DNA of 64,000 nt from Alphaproteobacteria bacterium (GCA_965232515.1 CBDDPY010000002.1:2912001-2976000), one strand, 5' to 3'. Shown: positions 10,608-20,093, counted from the stretch's first letter. Numbers and translations: made by a program. The notes: generated by a model not told the origin, from the letters alone.

Positions 10608-10726
10608 GCGGGTCCAATTCAGCGTTAACCGCTTATAACCCAGGCCAGTGCCAAAATGGGGTGATTTGACGCAATTGGCAGTCTAGATTGCCGCCGCCGT
10701 CCAACGATTCAGGTTCAGTGCCTCAG

Positions 10727-11704
10727 ATGTCCGTATTGGTCACCGGCGCCGCCGGCTTCATCGGCTATCACGTCACCCGCGCGCTGCTGGACCGCGGCGA
10801 TCAGGTTATCGGCGTCGACAATCTCAACGACTATTACGACGTCGGGCTGAAGCGGGCGCGGCTGAAGCAGCTCAGCGGCCGCAACGGGTTTAGCTTTCGC
10901 GAGGTCGATATCGCCGACCAGACGGCGCTGGCCGCATCCGTGGCCGATGCCCGGATCGACGGCATCGTGCATCTGGCAGCCCAAGCCGGCGTGCGCTACT
11001 CGCTCGACAATCCCTTCGCCTATGTGCACAGCAATCTGGTCGGCCACATGTCGATGCTGGAGCTGCAGCGCGGCCTGCCGGACTGTAAGCACATGGTCTA
11101 TGCCAGCTCGAGCTCGGTCTATGGCGGCAACACGAAGCTGCCGTTCGCCGAGGCCGACCACGTCGACCGACCGGTCTCGCTCTATGCCGCGACCAAGAAA
11201 TCGGACGAGCTGCTGTCCTACGCCTACAGCGATCTCTATCGGCTGCCGCAGACGGGTTTGCGCTTCTTCACGGTCTATGGACCGTGGGGCCGGCCTGACA
11301 TGGCGATGTGGATCTTCACCAAGGCGATCATCGAGGGCAAGCCGATCCGGGTGTTCAATCAGGGCGACATGCGGCGCGACTTCACCTATGTCGACGACAT
11401 CGTCGCCGGCGTGCTGGCCGCGCTCGACAATCCGCCGAGCGATGGCGACGAGACACCGCACCGGCTCTACAACATCGGCAACCACCGCTCGGAACAACTC
11501 CTGCACATGATCGAGGTGCTGGAACGGACGTTGGGCCTCCAAGCGGAAAAGATCATGGAGCCGATGCAGCCCGGCGACGTGAAGGACACCTATGCCGACA
11601 TCGACGCGATCAACCGGGACCTCGGCTATAAGCCGACGACGCCCATCGACGTCGGCATTCCGAAGTTCGTCGCCTGGTTCAAGGACTATCACGGTCTGAC
11701 CTGA
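10727..11704 (+). CDS. NAD-dependent epimerase, UDP-glucuronate 4-epimerase type
   Basis: TGAAGFIG, HLAAQAGVRYS, YAATKK and RFFTVYGPWGRPDMA. ATG at 10727 is preferred over TTG at 10688. Confidence 0.9.
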   Translation: MSVLVTGAAGFIGYHVTRALLDRGDQVIGVDNLNDYYDVGLKRARLKQLSGRNGFSFREVDIADQTALAASVADARIDGIVHLAAQAGVRYSLDNPFAYVHSNLVGHMSMLELQRGLPDCKHMVYASSSSVYGGNTKLPFAEADHVDRPVSLYAATKKSDELLSYAYSDLYRLPQTGLRFFTVYGPWGRPDMAMWIFTKAIIEGKPIRVFNQGDMRRDFTYVDDIVAGVLAALDNPPSDGDETPHRLYNIGNHRSEQLLHMIEVLERTLGLQAEKIMEPMQPGDVKDTYADIDAINRDLGYKPTTPIDVGIPKFVAWFKDYHGLT

Positions 11705-11841
11705 GACATCGCGCCGCGGCGCAACCGCCACGCGCTTATCACACCCCATATGACCTGAATCAGGGCGATCATGCGGATCGTTCGCGACGCTTTGGCGTAC
11801 GCGGAACGAACCGTGATGTCATTGTGATGAGGAGGGCGACG

Positions 11842-13146
11842 ATGACCACACCAACCGATGAACGCGATCTGTTCGATCTCTACCGCGACGACCCGGAACG
11901 GGCCGACAAGCTGATTTTCGGACGCGTCCCGTACAGGGACCGGCGCGGTTTTCTGCGCGGCGCCGGGCTCGCCACCATGGGCGCGCTGGTGGGCGCCGCG
12001 ATCCCGTTCCACCGCAACATGCCGTCGGGCTTTATTCCGCTGGCGCTGGCCGACGCGCACGGCGCCATCACCGGCAAGGACGGCCTGACGGTGTTGAACG
12101 ACCGGCCGGTCAACGCCGAGACGCCGGCGCATCTGCTGGACGACGACGTGACCCCGACGTCGCGGCATTTCATCCGCAACAACGGCGTCCCGCCGGACGA
12201 GATGTCGGCGACTGACTGGCAGCTCACCGTCGATGGCGAGGTCGGCAACCCGATGACCATGACGATCGGCGATCTGCGTGGCCAGTTTGAGGTCGTCACA
12301 GAGCGCCTGGTGATCGAGTGCGGCGGCAACGGCCGCGCCGCCTTCGACCCGCCGGCCCGCGGCAACCAGTGGACCTATGGTGCGGTCGCCTGCGCCGAAT
12401 GGACCGGCGTGCGGCTCGCCGACGTGCTGAAAGCCGCCGGCGTCAAGAACAGCGCCGTCTATACGGCCCACTACGGCGCCGACACGCACCTCTCGGGCAA
12501 GCCCGACAAGCGGCCGATCTCGCGCGGCGTGCCGATGACCAAGGCCATGAATCCACATAATCTGATCGCCTTCGAGATGAACGGCGGCCCGTTGCACCCC
12601 ATGAACGGCGCACCGCTGCGGCTCGTGGTGCCCGGCTGGCCCGGCTCCTGCTCACAGAAGTGGCTGACCCGGATCTGGCTGCGCGACCAGGTGCACGACG
12701 GCGCCAAGATGACAGGCACCTCGTATCGCGTGCCGAAGTATCCGGTGGCGCCCGGCCAGAAGGTGCCGAAGGAGGACTTCGAGATCATCGAGGCGATGCC
12801 GGTGAAATCGCTGATCACCCGGCCGCGGAACGAGACCACGGTGTCGGCAAGCAATCCGATGCTGGAGGTCGCGGGCCATGCCTGGGCCGGCGACGACGAG
12901 GTGGCGCGGGTCGACGTGTCGATGGATTTCGGCGCGACCTGGGTCCAGGCCGATCTGTCGGCGCCCGCCAACCCCTACGCCTGGCAGCGCTGGCGCGCAT
13001 CCCTGCGCTTCCCGCAGGCCGGCTACTACGAGGTCTGGGCGCGGGCGACCGACGTGAAAGGCCGCAGCCAGCCGTTCGCCATCGCCTGGAACCCGAAGGG
13101 CTATCTCAACAACTCGATGCACCGGATCGCCGTTCGGGTCGCGTGA
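11842..13146 (+). CDS. sorT: Sulfite oxidase-family molybdoenzyme (SorT-like sulfite dehydrogenase), Tat-exported
   Basis: RRGFL Tat motif, FIRNNG, Mo-ligating ECGGNGR, GAPLRLVVPGWPGSCSQKW and WNPKGYLNN. A GAGGAGG RBS precedes ATG 11842. Confidence 0.85.
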   Translation: MTTPTDERDLFDLYRDDPERADKLIFGRVPYRDRRGFLRGAGLATMGALVGAAIPFHRNMPSGFIPLALADAHGAITGKDGLTVLNDRPVNAETPAHLLDDDVTPTSRHFIRNNGVPPDEMSATDWQLTVDGEVGNPMTMTIGDLRGQFEVVTERLVIECGGNGRAAFDPPARGNQWTYGAVACAEWTGVRLADVLKAAGVKNSAVYTAHYGADTHLSGKPDKRPISRGVPMTKAMNPHNLIAFEMNGGPLHPMNGAPLRLVVPGWPGSCSQKWLTRIWLRDQVHDGAKMTGTSYRVPKYPVAPGQKVPKEDFEIIEAMPVKSLITRPRNETTVSASNPMLEVAGHAWAGDDEVARVDVSMDFGATWVQADLSAPANPYAWQRWRASLRFPQAGYYEVWARATDVKGRSQPFAIAWNPKGYLNNSMHRIAVRVA

Positions 13147-13147
13147 C

Positions 13148-13489
13148 ATGCGCGTTGCGTTTGTTATGCCGGTGGTCGTTGCCGCCGCCCTGCTCTACGC
13201 GTCGCTGGCGCCGGCGCAGCAGGGCGCGGTCGACGATTACGACCGCATGCCCGACGATATCGGCCGCGACGAGACCTACAGCGCCTGCGCCGGCTGCCAT
13301 TCCATGAAGCTCGTGGCGCAGCAGGGCCTCACGCGCGATGGCTGGGACGAGGCGCTGGTCTGGATGGTCGAGGAACAGGAGATGGAAGAGCTCGAGGCCG
13401 ACGAGCGCGACCTCGTTCTCGACTATCTGGCGAAGTACTACGGCCCCGACCGCGCCGCCCGACGAATGATGTCGTCGGGCGGCGGCTAA
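13148..13489 (+). CDS. Monoheme c-type cytochrome, SorU-like electron acceptor
   Basis: Signal peptide, CAGCH heme motif, WMVEEQEM and LDYLAKYYGP; lies directly after the Mo enzyme. Confidence 0.85.
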   Translation: MRVAFVMPVVVAAALLYASLAPAQQGAVDDYDRMPDDIGRDETYSACAGCHSMKLVAQQGLTRDGWDEALVWMVEEQEMEELEADERDLVLDYLAKYYGPDRAARRMMSSGGG

Positions 13490-13490
13490 C

Positions 13491-13955
13491 CTACTTCTTC
13501 AGCGCGGCGTTGGTCAGGTTGTCGAGCGCGCCATTCATGTTGGCGAAGACCTTGTCGCGGTCCTTGATGTCGTGACGGTCCGAAAGATAGGCGGGCTGGT
13601 TGTAGGCGAGCCAGACCTGTCCGGCCGAATCCTTCCAGACCAGCGCCTTTAGCGGCAGGTCGATGCCGATCGTCGGATTGCTCTGCATCAGCGGCGTGCC
13701 CAGCTTCGGATTGCCGAACAGCAACACTTCCGTGGCCGGCAGTTCGGAGCCGATCTTCGCGGCGCCGGCGGCATGGTCGATCCGGGCGAACACCGTGATG
13801 CCCTTGGAGGTCAGCACCTTCTCCAACCGGTCGAGCGTCTCGCCGACGCCATAGGGGCTCTGCTTCGTCACCAGGCCGGCATCCGCCTGCGCCGCCGTTG
13901 CCGCAGGAATCAGCAATGCCAGAACCATTATTTGCCTGAGGAGGAATCGGTACAT
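13491..13955 (-). CDS. DUF302 domain exported protein
   Basis: FARIDHAAGA, FGNPKLGTPLMQ and GIDLPLKALVW. Start set at MYRF (13955), followed by a signal peptide. Confidence 0.85.
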   Translation of the reverse strand: MYRFLLRQIMVLALLIPAATAAQADAGLVTKQSPYGVGETLDRLEKVLTSKGITVFARIDHAAGAAKIGSELPATEVLLFGNPKLGTPLMQSNPTIGIDLPLKALVWKDSAGQVWLAYNQPAYLSDRHDIKDRDKVFANMNGALDNLTNAALKK

Positions 13956-14101
13956 CGAACTCACCTTTGTGTTTGGATTTCTTCCCACCGCACCTAATCG
14001 GCCGGGATTGAGGCCGGCAAGTGACATTCAAGTGATCAATCGGCGTAGGCTGATGCGCTAAGCTGTCGCTTGCAACCGCAAATACCCGGGAGGATGGCCG
14101 C

Positions 14102-14935
14102 ATGAACGAGCTGCCGCTGCGCGATGTGACCGAGGACGAGATCATGGCCTACGAGGAAGACGGCATCGTCTGTCTGCGCGGCATGTTCGATGCCGACTGG
14201 GTGGAACGGCTGCGCGCGGCCGTGGAAGATTGCATGGGCAAGCCGAGCCGGATGGTGCAGGAGCTGGCGACGGCGCAGAAGGACAAGGGCCGGTTCTTCG
14301 CCGATATCTACGTCTGGACCTACAACGACGATTGCCGGGCTTACGTCTTTCAGTCGCCGGCGGCGAAGATCGCGGCGGCGATGATGCGGTCGACGCAGGT
14401 CTGCATCTTCTTCGATCAATGGCTGGTGAAGGAGCCGGGCACGCCGACCCGAACGCCCTGGCACCACGACCTGCCCTATTGGCCGGTGAACGGCAACCAG
14501 ATCTGCACGGTCTGGCTGGCGCTCGATCCGGTCACCGCGGAGAACGGTTCGGTCGAGTACATCAAGGGTTCGCACCGCTGGGGCCAGCGCTACCGGGCCC
14601 AGAGCTTCACCGGCGACACGCGCTACAAGGAAGAGCTGCCGCCGGTGCCCGACATCGATGCCCGGCGCGACGAATTCAGCTTCGCGCAATTCGAGATGCA
14701 GCCCGGCGACTGCACGGTGCACCACGGCCTGACCGTGCACGGCGCACCCGGCAACGCCACGTCGACGACGCGCCGCCGCGCCCTTGTCAGCCGCTGGGCC
14801 GGCGACGACGCCACCTACTATCCGCGCCCCAACATCATGCCGCAGCTACGCGAGCCCGACCTGGCGCCCGGCGCGCCCATCGAATGCGACCTCTGGCCGC
14901 GCGTCTGGCCCCCGCACGCGGAAGCGGCGGAGTAG
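14102..14935 (+). CDS. Phytanoyl-CoA dioxygenase (PhyH) family protein
   Basis: YEEDGIVCLR, TPWHHD, VWLALD..T.ENG..EYIKGSH, VHGA and RRAL. Confidence 0.9.
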   Translation: MNELPLRDVTEDEIMAYEEDGIVCLRGMFDADWVERLRAAVEDCMGKPSRMVQELATAQKDKGRFFADIYVWTYNDDCRAYVFQSPAAKIAAAMMRSTQVCIFFDQWLVKEPGTPTRTPWHHDLPYWPVNGNQICTVWLALDPVTAENGSVEYIKGSHRWGQRYRAQSFTGDTRYKEELPPVPDIDARRDEFSFAQFEMQPGDCTVHHGLTVHGAPGNATSTTRRRALVSRWAGDDATYYPRPNIMPQLREPDLAPGAPIECDLWPRVWPPHAEAAE

Positions 14936-14939
14936 ACGG

Positions 14940-16043
14940 CTAGCCCCAGACTTCCTGCGCCACCTCGACGACAAGGCGGAGCTTGGCGATCTCGTCGGCC
15001 TCGTCGATCTTGTTGCCGTGATGCGTGGACGAAAACCCGCACTGCGGGCTCAGGCAGAGGCGGTCGATATCGATGTACTGCGCCGCCTCGTCGATGCGAC
15101 GCTTCAGCGCGTCCTTTGGCTCCACATCCGCCGTCTTGGTGGTGACGAGGCCGAGCACCACGACCTTGTCGTCGGGCACGAAACGCAGCGGCTCGAAGCC
15201 GCCGGCCCGCTCGGTGTCGTACTCCATGAACAGCGCATCGACGTTCACGGTGCTGAAAACCCGCTCTGCCACGGCCTCGTAGCCGCCCTGCGCCGCCCAC
15301 GTGCTCTGGAAGTTGCCGCGGCACATGTGCATGGCGGTCGTCACATCGGCCGGCAGGTCGCGGATCGCATCGTTGAGCGCTCGCGCGTAGGTCAGCGCAA
15401 GTGCGTCCGGATCCTCGCCCCTGGCCCTCAGGCCGGCCCGGATATCGGTGTCGCAGAGATAGGCGTAGCTGATGTCGTCGAGTTGCACGTAGCGGCAGCC
15501 CGCCGCCGCCAGATCGGCGAGCTCGGCCCGGTAGGCGGCCGTCAGATCGTCCCAGAAGGCCTGTAGGTCGGGATAGACCTCGATGCTGATGCCCTCGCGG
15601 CCGGCGCGGAAGTGGGCCATGCTCGGCCCCGGCAGCGTGAACTTGGCGGTGCGGGCGGTCAGATCGCGCAGATAGGTGAAGTGATCGAGCATCACCGGCC
15701 GGGTGCGGCTTAGCTTTGCCGTCACCATGGCGCGTGGCGGCTGATCGTCGCTGTCCTTGAACGTGCCCTTGTCGAGCGGCGCGCCGAGCTCGAAGCCGTC
15801 GAACCCGGACAGGAAATCGAAATGCCACCAGGTGCGCCGGAACTCACCGTCGGTGACCGATTGCAGGCCGATCTCCTCCTGCAGCGCCACCACGTCGCGG
15901 ATGCAGGCGTCCTCGACCGCGCGCAGCTCGTCGTCGGTGATCTCACCGGCGGCCCTCTTGCTGCGCGCCTCCTGCAATCGGGCCGGACGCAACAGGCTGC
16001 CGACATGGTCGGCGCGAAACGGTGGATTGTGTTTCGCTGGCAT
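14940..16043 (-). CDS. Cobalamin-independent methionine synthase II family protein (single barrel)
   Basis: PFRADHVGSLLRP, TDGEFRR and Zn ligands HMCRGN, EYD and LSPQCGFSS. Confidence 0.9.
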   Translation of the reverse strand: MPAKHNPPFRADHVGSLLRPARLQEARSKRAAGEITDDELRAVEDACIRDVVALQEEIGLQSVTDGEFRRTWWHFDFLSGFDGFELGAPLDKGTFKDSDDQPPRAMVTAKLSRTRPVMLDHFTYLRDLTARTAKFTLPGPSMAHFRAGREGISIEVYPDLQAFWDDLTAAYRAELADLAAAGCRYVQLDDISYAYLCDTDIRAGLRARGEDPDALALTYARALNDAIRDLPADVTTAMHMCRGNFQSTWAAQGGYEAVAERVFSTVNVDALFMEYDTERAGGFEPLRFVPDDKVVVLGLVTTKTADVEPKDALKRRIDEAAQYIDIDRLCLSPQCGFSSTHHGNKIDEADEIAKLRLVVEVAQEVWG

Positions 16044-16055
16044 GTCGTCGCCTCC

Positions 16056-17066
16056 TTATGGCGCCAGGTAGGTCCAGCAACCGGTCTCGTCGAGCGCCGG
16101 CTCGATCCGCGCCAGGGCGTCGTCCGGCACGGCCCGCAGCCGCGCGCGCAGCCGCTCGAGGCACTTCACCTGATAGCGGAAGGTGCCCTGCGCGTAAGCG
16201 CGGCCGAGCAGTTCCAGCTCGAACGACTCGGCGCCGGCCGCGGCGGCCTGCGCGTTCGCGGCCAGGAACGGCAGATAAACTTCGCCGGCGAGCCGCAGCA
16301 TTCCGATCACCGCCGGCGGCAATGGCGCGTCGGCCGACAGCCATTCGCCTTCGAGGCCCGAGAGGTCGTCCATCTGCCGGACCCAGTCATAAGTGCGTTG
16401 TGCCGATGTGCGCATGATCTCGGCCGGCGTCGGATCGGTGGCGAGCGTCTTGAGCTGGCCGAACCAGCCGAAGTCGGCGAGCGACGGCCGGCTGCCGAAG
16501 AGATAGCTGTCGAGGCCGACATGGCCGTCGAGCAGCGCCAGCACGCGATGATAGGTCTCCTCGATAACAGGCGCGTTCTGCGGCGTGCAGCCGACCAGCG
16601 CCATGCGGCCGACCTGCCGGTCGGTGAAGGCGGTGACGGCGGCGTCATAGGCTTCGCCCTTGAGCTCGGGCTGATGGTCGTTGACGATCCAGCGCGCGGC
16701 GTAGTCCTGGTCGACCTTTCGCGCCCAGCGATAGTGGAACATGGCCTTGGTGCCCCACTCGTCGGCCGTGTCCTCGATCAGGTCGCTGAGGAAGGCGTGG
16801 CCGGGATCGTCGGGGATGATCGAGCGCGCGTCCGGGTGCCGCTCTTCGAGCAAATAGGCGAGCGGGGTCGAATCGACGTGATAGCTGCCGTCCTCGGGCA
16901 GTTGCAGGATCGGGATCAGCGGCGGCTTCACGTCCGCCACCTCGGCCCGGATCGCCGGCGTCCGCATGACCCAGTCGTGCGGCAGCCGCCGATACCGCAT
17001 GATCGCGCGCATTTTCATGGAATAGGGCGAGCCGTTGGTGCCGATCAGGCGATAGCGATCCGTCAT
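16056..17066 (-). CDS. Glutathione S-transferase-like protein
   Basis: GSPYSMKMRAIMRY, DSTPL and YLFGSRPSLADFG. Start set at MTDRYRL (17066). Confidence 0.8.
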   Translation of the reverse strand: MTDRYRLIGTNGSPYSMKMRAIMRYRRLPHDWVMRTPAIRAEVADVKPPLIPILQLPEDGSYHVDSTPLAYLLEERHPDARSIIPDDPGHAFLSDLIEDTADEWGTKAMFHYRWARKVDQDYAARWIVNDHQPELKGEAYDAAVTAFTDRQVGRMALVGCTPQNAPVIEETYHRVLALLDGHVGLDSYLFGSRPSLADFGWFGQLKTLATDPTPAEIMRTSAQRTYDWVRQMDDLSGLEGEWLSADAPLPPAVIGMLRLAGEVYLPFLAANAQAAAAGAESFELELLGRAYAQGTFRYQVKCLERLRARLRAVPDDALARIEPALDETGCWTYLAP

Positions 17067-17128
17067 TGTCCCCGATGTGCCTATCTTGTGATTTCCGTTC
17101 AGCCACATCCTATTGCAGGCTAGCGGGC

Positions 17129-17974
17129 ATGACGCGTCATTTTCGCGCCTGGCAATGGGCGATGACGATTGGCCTGCCGTTGCTGCTGGCGGCATTCGCC
17201 ACGAACGCGGTCGCCGCGGACGAACCGGTCGACCTGGAGCTGATCCTGGCCGTCGACATTTCCGGCAGCATCGATGCCGGCGAAGCGCAGCTTCAGCGCG
17301 ACGGCTATGTCGCGGCGCTGACCAGCCCCGAGGTCATCGACGTGATTCAGGGCGGCTTCATCGGCCGCATCGCGCTGACCTACGTGGAATGGGCCGGCCT
17401 CGAGCACCGCTGGACCGTGGTCGGCTGGCGCGCCGTCCACGACGCCGCCAGCGCCCGCGACTTCGCGGCGATCCTGAACGCGGCGCCGCTATCGCGCGGC
17501 CAGCGCACCTCGATCAGCGGCGCCATCGATTTCACCCTGCCGATGTTCGACGGCAACGGCTTCGAAGGCACGCGGCGGGTGATCGACATCTCCGGCGACG
17601 GGCCCAACAACAACGGCCGCTGGGTCTGGGAGGCGCGCCAGACGGCGATCGCCGCCGGCGTCACCATCAACGGCCTGCCGATCATCAACAACCGCCCGAA
17701 TGTGTTCGGCTTCCCCAGCCTGCCCGACCTCGACCGCTACTACTGGGAATGCGTGATCGGCGGCCCCGGCGCCTTCATCGTCGTGGCCGAGAGCTTCCAG
17801 GACTTCGCCGCCGCGATCCGCCGCAAGATGATCCTGGAGATCGCCGGCCTGCAGCCGCCATCGCCGCCCCGGCCGCTGCTGCACTACACGGCCGGCAGCG
17901 ACCGCTACGACTGCGGCATCGGCGAGCAGCAGTACCGCGAGTTCTTCCAGAACCTCGACAACGACCCGTTCTAG
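17129..17974 (+). CDS. DUF1194 (vWA-like) exported protein
   Basis: VDLELILAVDISGSID, RRVIDISGDGPNNNG, VIGGPGAF and AIRRKMILEIA, after a signal peptide. Confidence 0.9.
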   Translation: MTRHFRAWQWAMTIGLPLLLAAFATNAVAADEPVDLELILAVDISGSIDAGEAQLQRDGYVAALTSPEVIDVIQGGFIGRIALTYVEWAGLEHRWTVVGWRAVHDAASARDFAAILNAAPLSRGQRTSISGAIDFTLPMFDGNGFEGTRRVIDISGDGPNNNGRWVWEARQTAIAAGVTINGLPIINNRPNVFGFPSLPDLDRYYWECVIGGPGAFIVVAESFQDFAAAIRRKMILEIAGLQPPSPPRPLLHYTAGSDRYDCGIGEQQYREFFQNLDNDPF

Positions 17975-18026
17975 ACGTTGCGCCATGCCTGCCGGCACTG
18001 ACTGGCATCCGCATCGACTGCCGCGG

Positions 18027-18052
18027 TGGATCCTGGCCTCCGCCAGGATGAC
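18027..18052. repeat. REP-like palindromic element (intact copy)
   Basis: TGGATCCTGGCCTCCGCCAGGATGAC forms a hairpin; an inverted near-identical copy starts at 18078. Confidence 0.7.
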
Positions 18053-18077
18053 CAGCTGAGACACCTGCAATCAAATT

Positions 18078-18099
18078 GTCATCCTGGCGCAGGCCAGGA
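18078..18099. repeat. Second REP-like copy, interrupted by IS30 (remainder at 19137-19143)
   Basis: GTCATCCTGGCGCAGGCCAGGA, then the IS, then GGATCCA. The rejoined sequence differs by one base from the reverse complement of 18027-18052. Confidence 0.75.
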
Positions 18100-19089
18100 G
18101 GTGGATTCACATTCGAAGTGCAACAGGTGTTCGATGAAGACCTCGGCTGGGGTTCTGTAGTCAAGGCATTTCCGCGGCGTGGTGTTGTAGGCGCGCAGGT
18201 ATTGGTGCAGGCGCCGGCGGTTGAGCTCGTCGAGGTTTGTCTTTCGGGGGATGAAGCGTCGGAAGCGGCCGATGGCGTTTTCGATGCCGCCCTTCTGCCA
18301 GGGGGCATGGGGGTCGCAGAAGTAGGTTTGCATGTCGATGTGCTGGAGTTCGGTGTGGCGGGCGAATTCGGTGCCGTTGTCGAAGGTGACGGTCTGGCGC
18401 AGGTCGGGCGGCAGGTCGGCGAACAGGGCGTGCAGGTGGTCTGCGATGGGCTGTGCGGCCTTACCCGGTGGCCGGGTGGCGAGGAGGATGCGGGAGAGAC
18501 GTTCATGGCAGACGAGGATGGCCTGGCCGTAGGTCGCGAACAGCATGAGGTCGGCTTCCCAGTGTCCCGGGGTTGTGCGGTCGTCGACGTCGGCCGGGCG
18601 ATCGGCGATGGGCACGCGGCCGGCGATGAAGCTGGCCGGGCTGCCGCCCCTGCGGCCGCGCCAGCCGCGTTTGCTTTTGCCGCGCGGCAGCAGCAGGCGC
18701 CAGCGGAAGTCCTGGGTGCGGGCGAGCTGGGCATAGACGAAGCGGTAGATGCTTTCATGCGAGATGACGTGTTGGCCGGCGGTGTGGGCGAGCCGGCCGG
18801 CGACCTGTTCCGGCGACCAGCCGCGTTTGAGGCCGTCGAGGACGCGGTCGCGCAAGCTCGGATCGCGTTGCAGGCGGGGCCCGGACCAGCGCCGGGCGCG
18901 GGCCTGCTGCTGGGCATAGGCTGGCTTGTAGCCGACCTGTCGGCCGCTGTTGCGTTTCAGTTCGCGAGAGACTGTTGATGGCGCGCGATCCAGAGCTGCC
19001 GCGATTTGCCGGATCGAGCGGCCGGCGGTTTGAAGGCGGGAAATCTCACACCGCTCTTCCAGTGACAACTGGGCGTAATCGGATCCCAT
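18079..19089 (-). CDS. IS30 family transposase
   Basis: N-terminal HTH (SIRQIAAALDRAPSTVSRELKRN), WSPEQVAGRL, ISHESIY and DDE motifs GHWEADL, TFDNGTEF and PWQKGGIEN. Confidence 0.95.
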   Translation of the reverse strand: MGSDYAQLSLEERCEISRLQTAGRSIRQIAAALDRAPSTVSRELKRNSGRQVGYKPAYAQQQARARRWSGPRLQRDPSLRDRVLDGLKRGWSPEQVAGRLAHTAGQHVISHESIYRFVYAQLARTQDFRWRLLLPRGKSKRGWRGRRGGSPASFIAGRVPIADRPADVDDRTTPGHWEADLMLFATYGQAILVCHERLSRILLATRPPGKAAQPIADHLHALFADLPPDLRQTVTFDNGTEFARHTELQHIDMQTYFCDPHAPWQKGGIENAIGRFRRFIPRKTNLDELNRRRLHQYLRAYNTTPRKCLDYRTPAEVFIEHLLHFECESTSWPAPG

Positions 19090-19136
19090 CGCAACACCTC
19101 CAACACAAGGTGTTGCACTTCGTTTGTGAACTCAGG
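18100..19136 (-). mobile_element. IS30 family insertion sequence
   Basis: Imperfect 26-bp terminal inverted repeats: GGTGGATTCACATTCGAAGTGCAACA at 18100 and TGTTGCACTTCGTTTGTGAACTCAGG ending at 19136. GGA direct repeats at 18097-18099 and 19137-19139. Confidence 0.9.
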
Positions 19137-19163
19137 GGATCCATTGATGCCGTACAACAGCTG

Positions 19164-20093
19164 CTAACGCGCGAACGACTCGTGGTGTTCGTGCCACCAG
19201 TTGGCGATGTCGATGCGGCGGGCGAACCAGACATCGCCTTTCTCGAGCGCGTAGTCGAAGAACTGCCGCAGCGCCGAGATCCGCGCCGCCTGACCGACGA
19301 AGCGCGAGTGCAGGCCGATCGACATCATGCGCGGATGCGTCTCGCCCTCCTCCCACAGGCAATCGAATCCGCGCTTCAGATGGTCGAAAAACGCGTTGGG
19401 ATCGGTATAGCCGTTCGGGAAGGCGAAGCGGCCGTCGTTGTAGGTCAGCGTGTAGGGCAGCACCAGGTGCTGCTTGCCGCCGACCTCGACATAGTACGGC
19501 AGGTCGTCGTTATAGGCGTCGGAATCGTAGACGAAGCCGCCCTCCTCGACCAGCAGCTCGCGCGTATGCACCGACGGACCGTAGCGGCAGTACCAGCCGC
19601 GCGGCCGCTCGCCGGTCAAGCGCTCGATGGTCTCGACCGCGGCATCGATATGCGCCTTCTCCTCCTCGCGGCTGAGCGTCCAGACCTCCTCCCAGCGCCA
19701 GCCGTGCGAGCAGGGCTCGTGCCCGGCCTCGCGGATCCAGTCGCCGACCTCGGGGTTGCGTTCCAGCGCCACCGCGCAGGCATAGAATGTCACCGGCATG
19801 TTGTAGGCATCGAGCAGGCGCTGCAGCCGCCAGATGCCGGCCCGGCTGCCGTATTCGTAGACCGATTCGACGCAGAGATCCCGGTACTGCGCGTCCATGG
19901 CGTAGGGGATCTCGCCCATCACCTCGTTGCGGCCGTCACCGGCCGGCACCGAGTTCTCCGATCCCTCCTCGTAGTTCAGGCACAGGCTGACGGCGACACG
20001 CGCGCCCTCCGGCCAGACGACCTTGGGCACGTGCCGGCCATAACCGACAAAATTCCGCCGTGGACCCGGCCCATCGGAATCGATCAATTGCAT
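19164..20093 (-). CDS. PuuE-like allantoinase / polysaccharide deacetylase family
   Basis: RNFVGYG, LNYEEGSE, ESVYEYGSRAGIWR, HGWRW, YDSDAYNDDLPY and MSIGLHSR. Confidence 0.85.
   Translation of the reverse strand: MQLIDSDGPGPRRNFVGYGRHVPKVVWPEGARVAVSLCLNYEEGSENSVPAGDGRNEVMGEIPYAMDAQYRDLCVESVYEYGSRAGIWRLQRLLDAYNMPVTFYACAVALERNPEVGDWIREAGHEPCSHGWRWEEVWTLSREEEKAHIDAAVETIERLTGERPRGWYCRYGPSVHTRELLVEEGGFVYDSDAYNDDLPYYVEVGGKQHLVLPYTLTYNDGRFAFPNGYTDPNAFFDHLKRGFDCLWEEGETHPRMMSIGLHSRFVGQAARISALRQFFDYALEKGDVWFARRIDIANWWHEHHESFAR

Noticed and set aside
11842-13489. Functional link between the sulfite dehydrogenase and SqdB/CysDNC
   Set aside because: It is periplasmic, consumes sulfite, and lies over 14 kb away with unrelated genes between. 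Nothing in the sequence links them.
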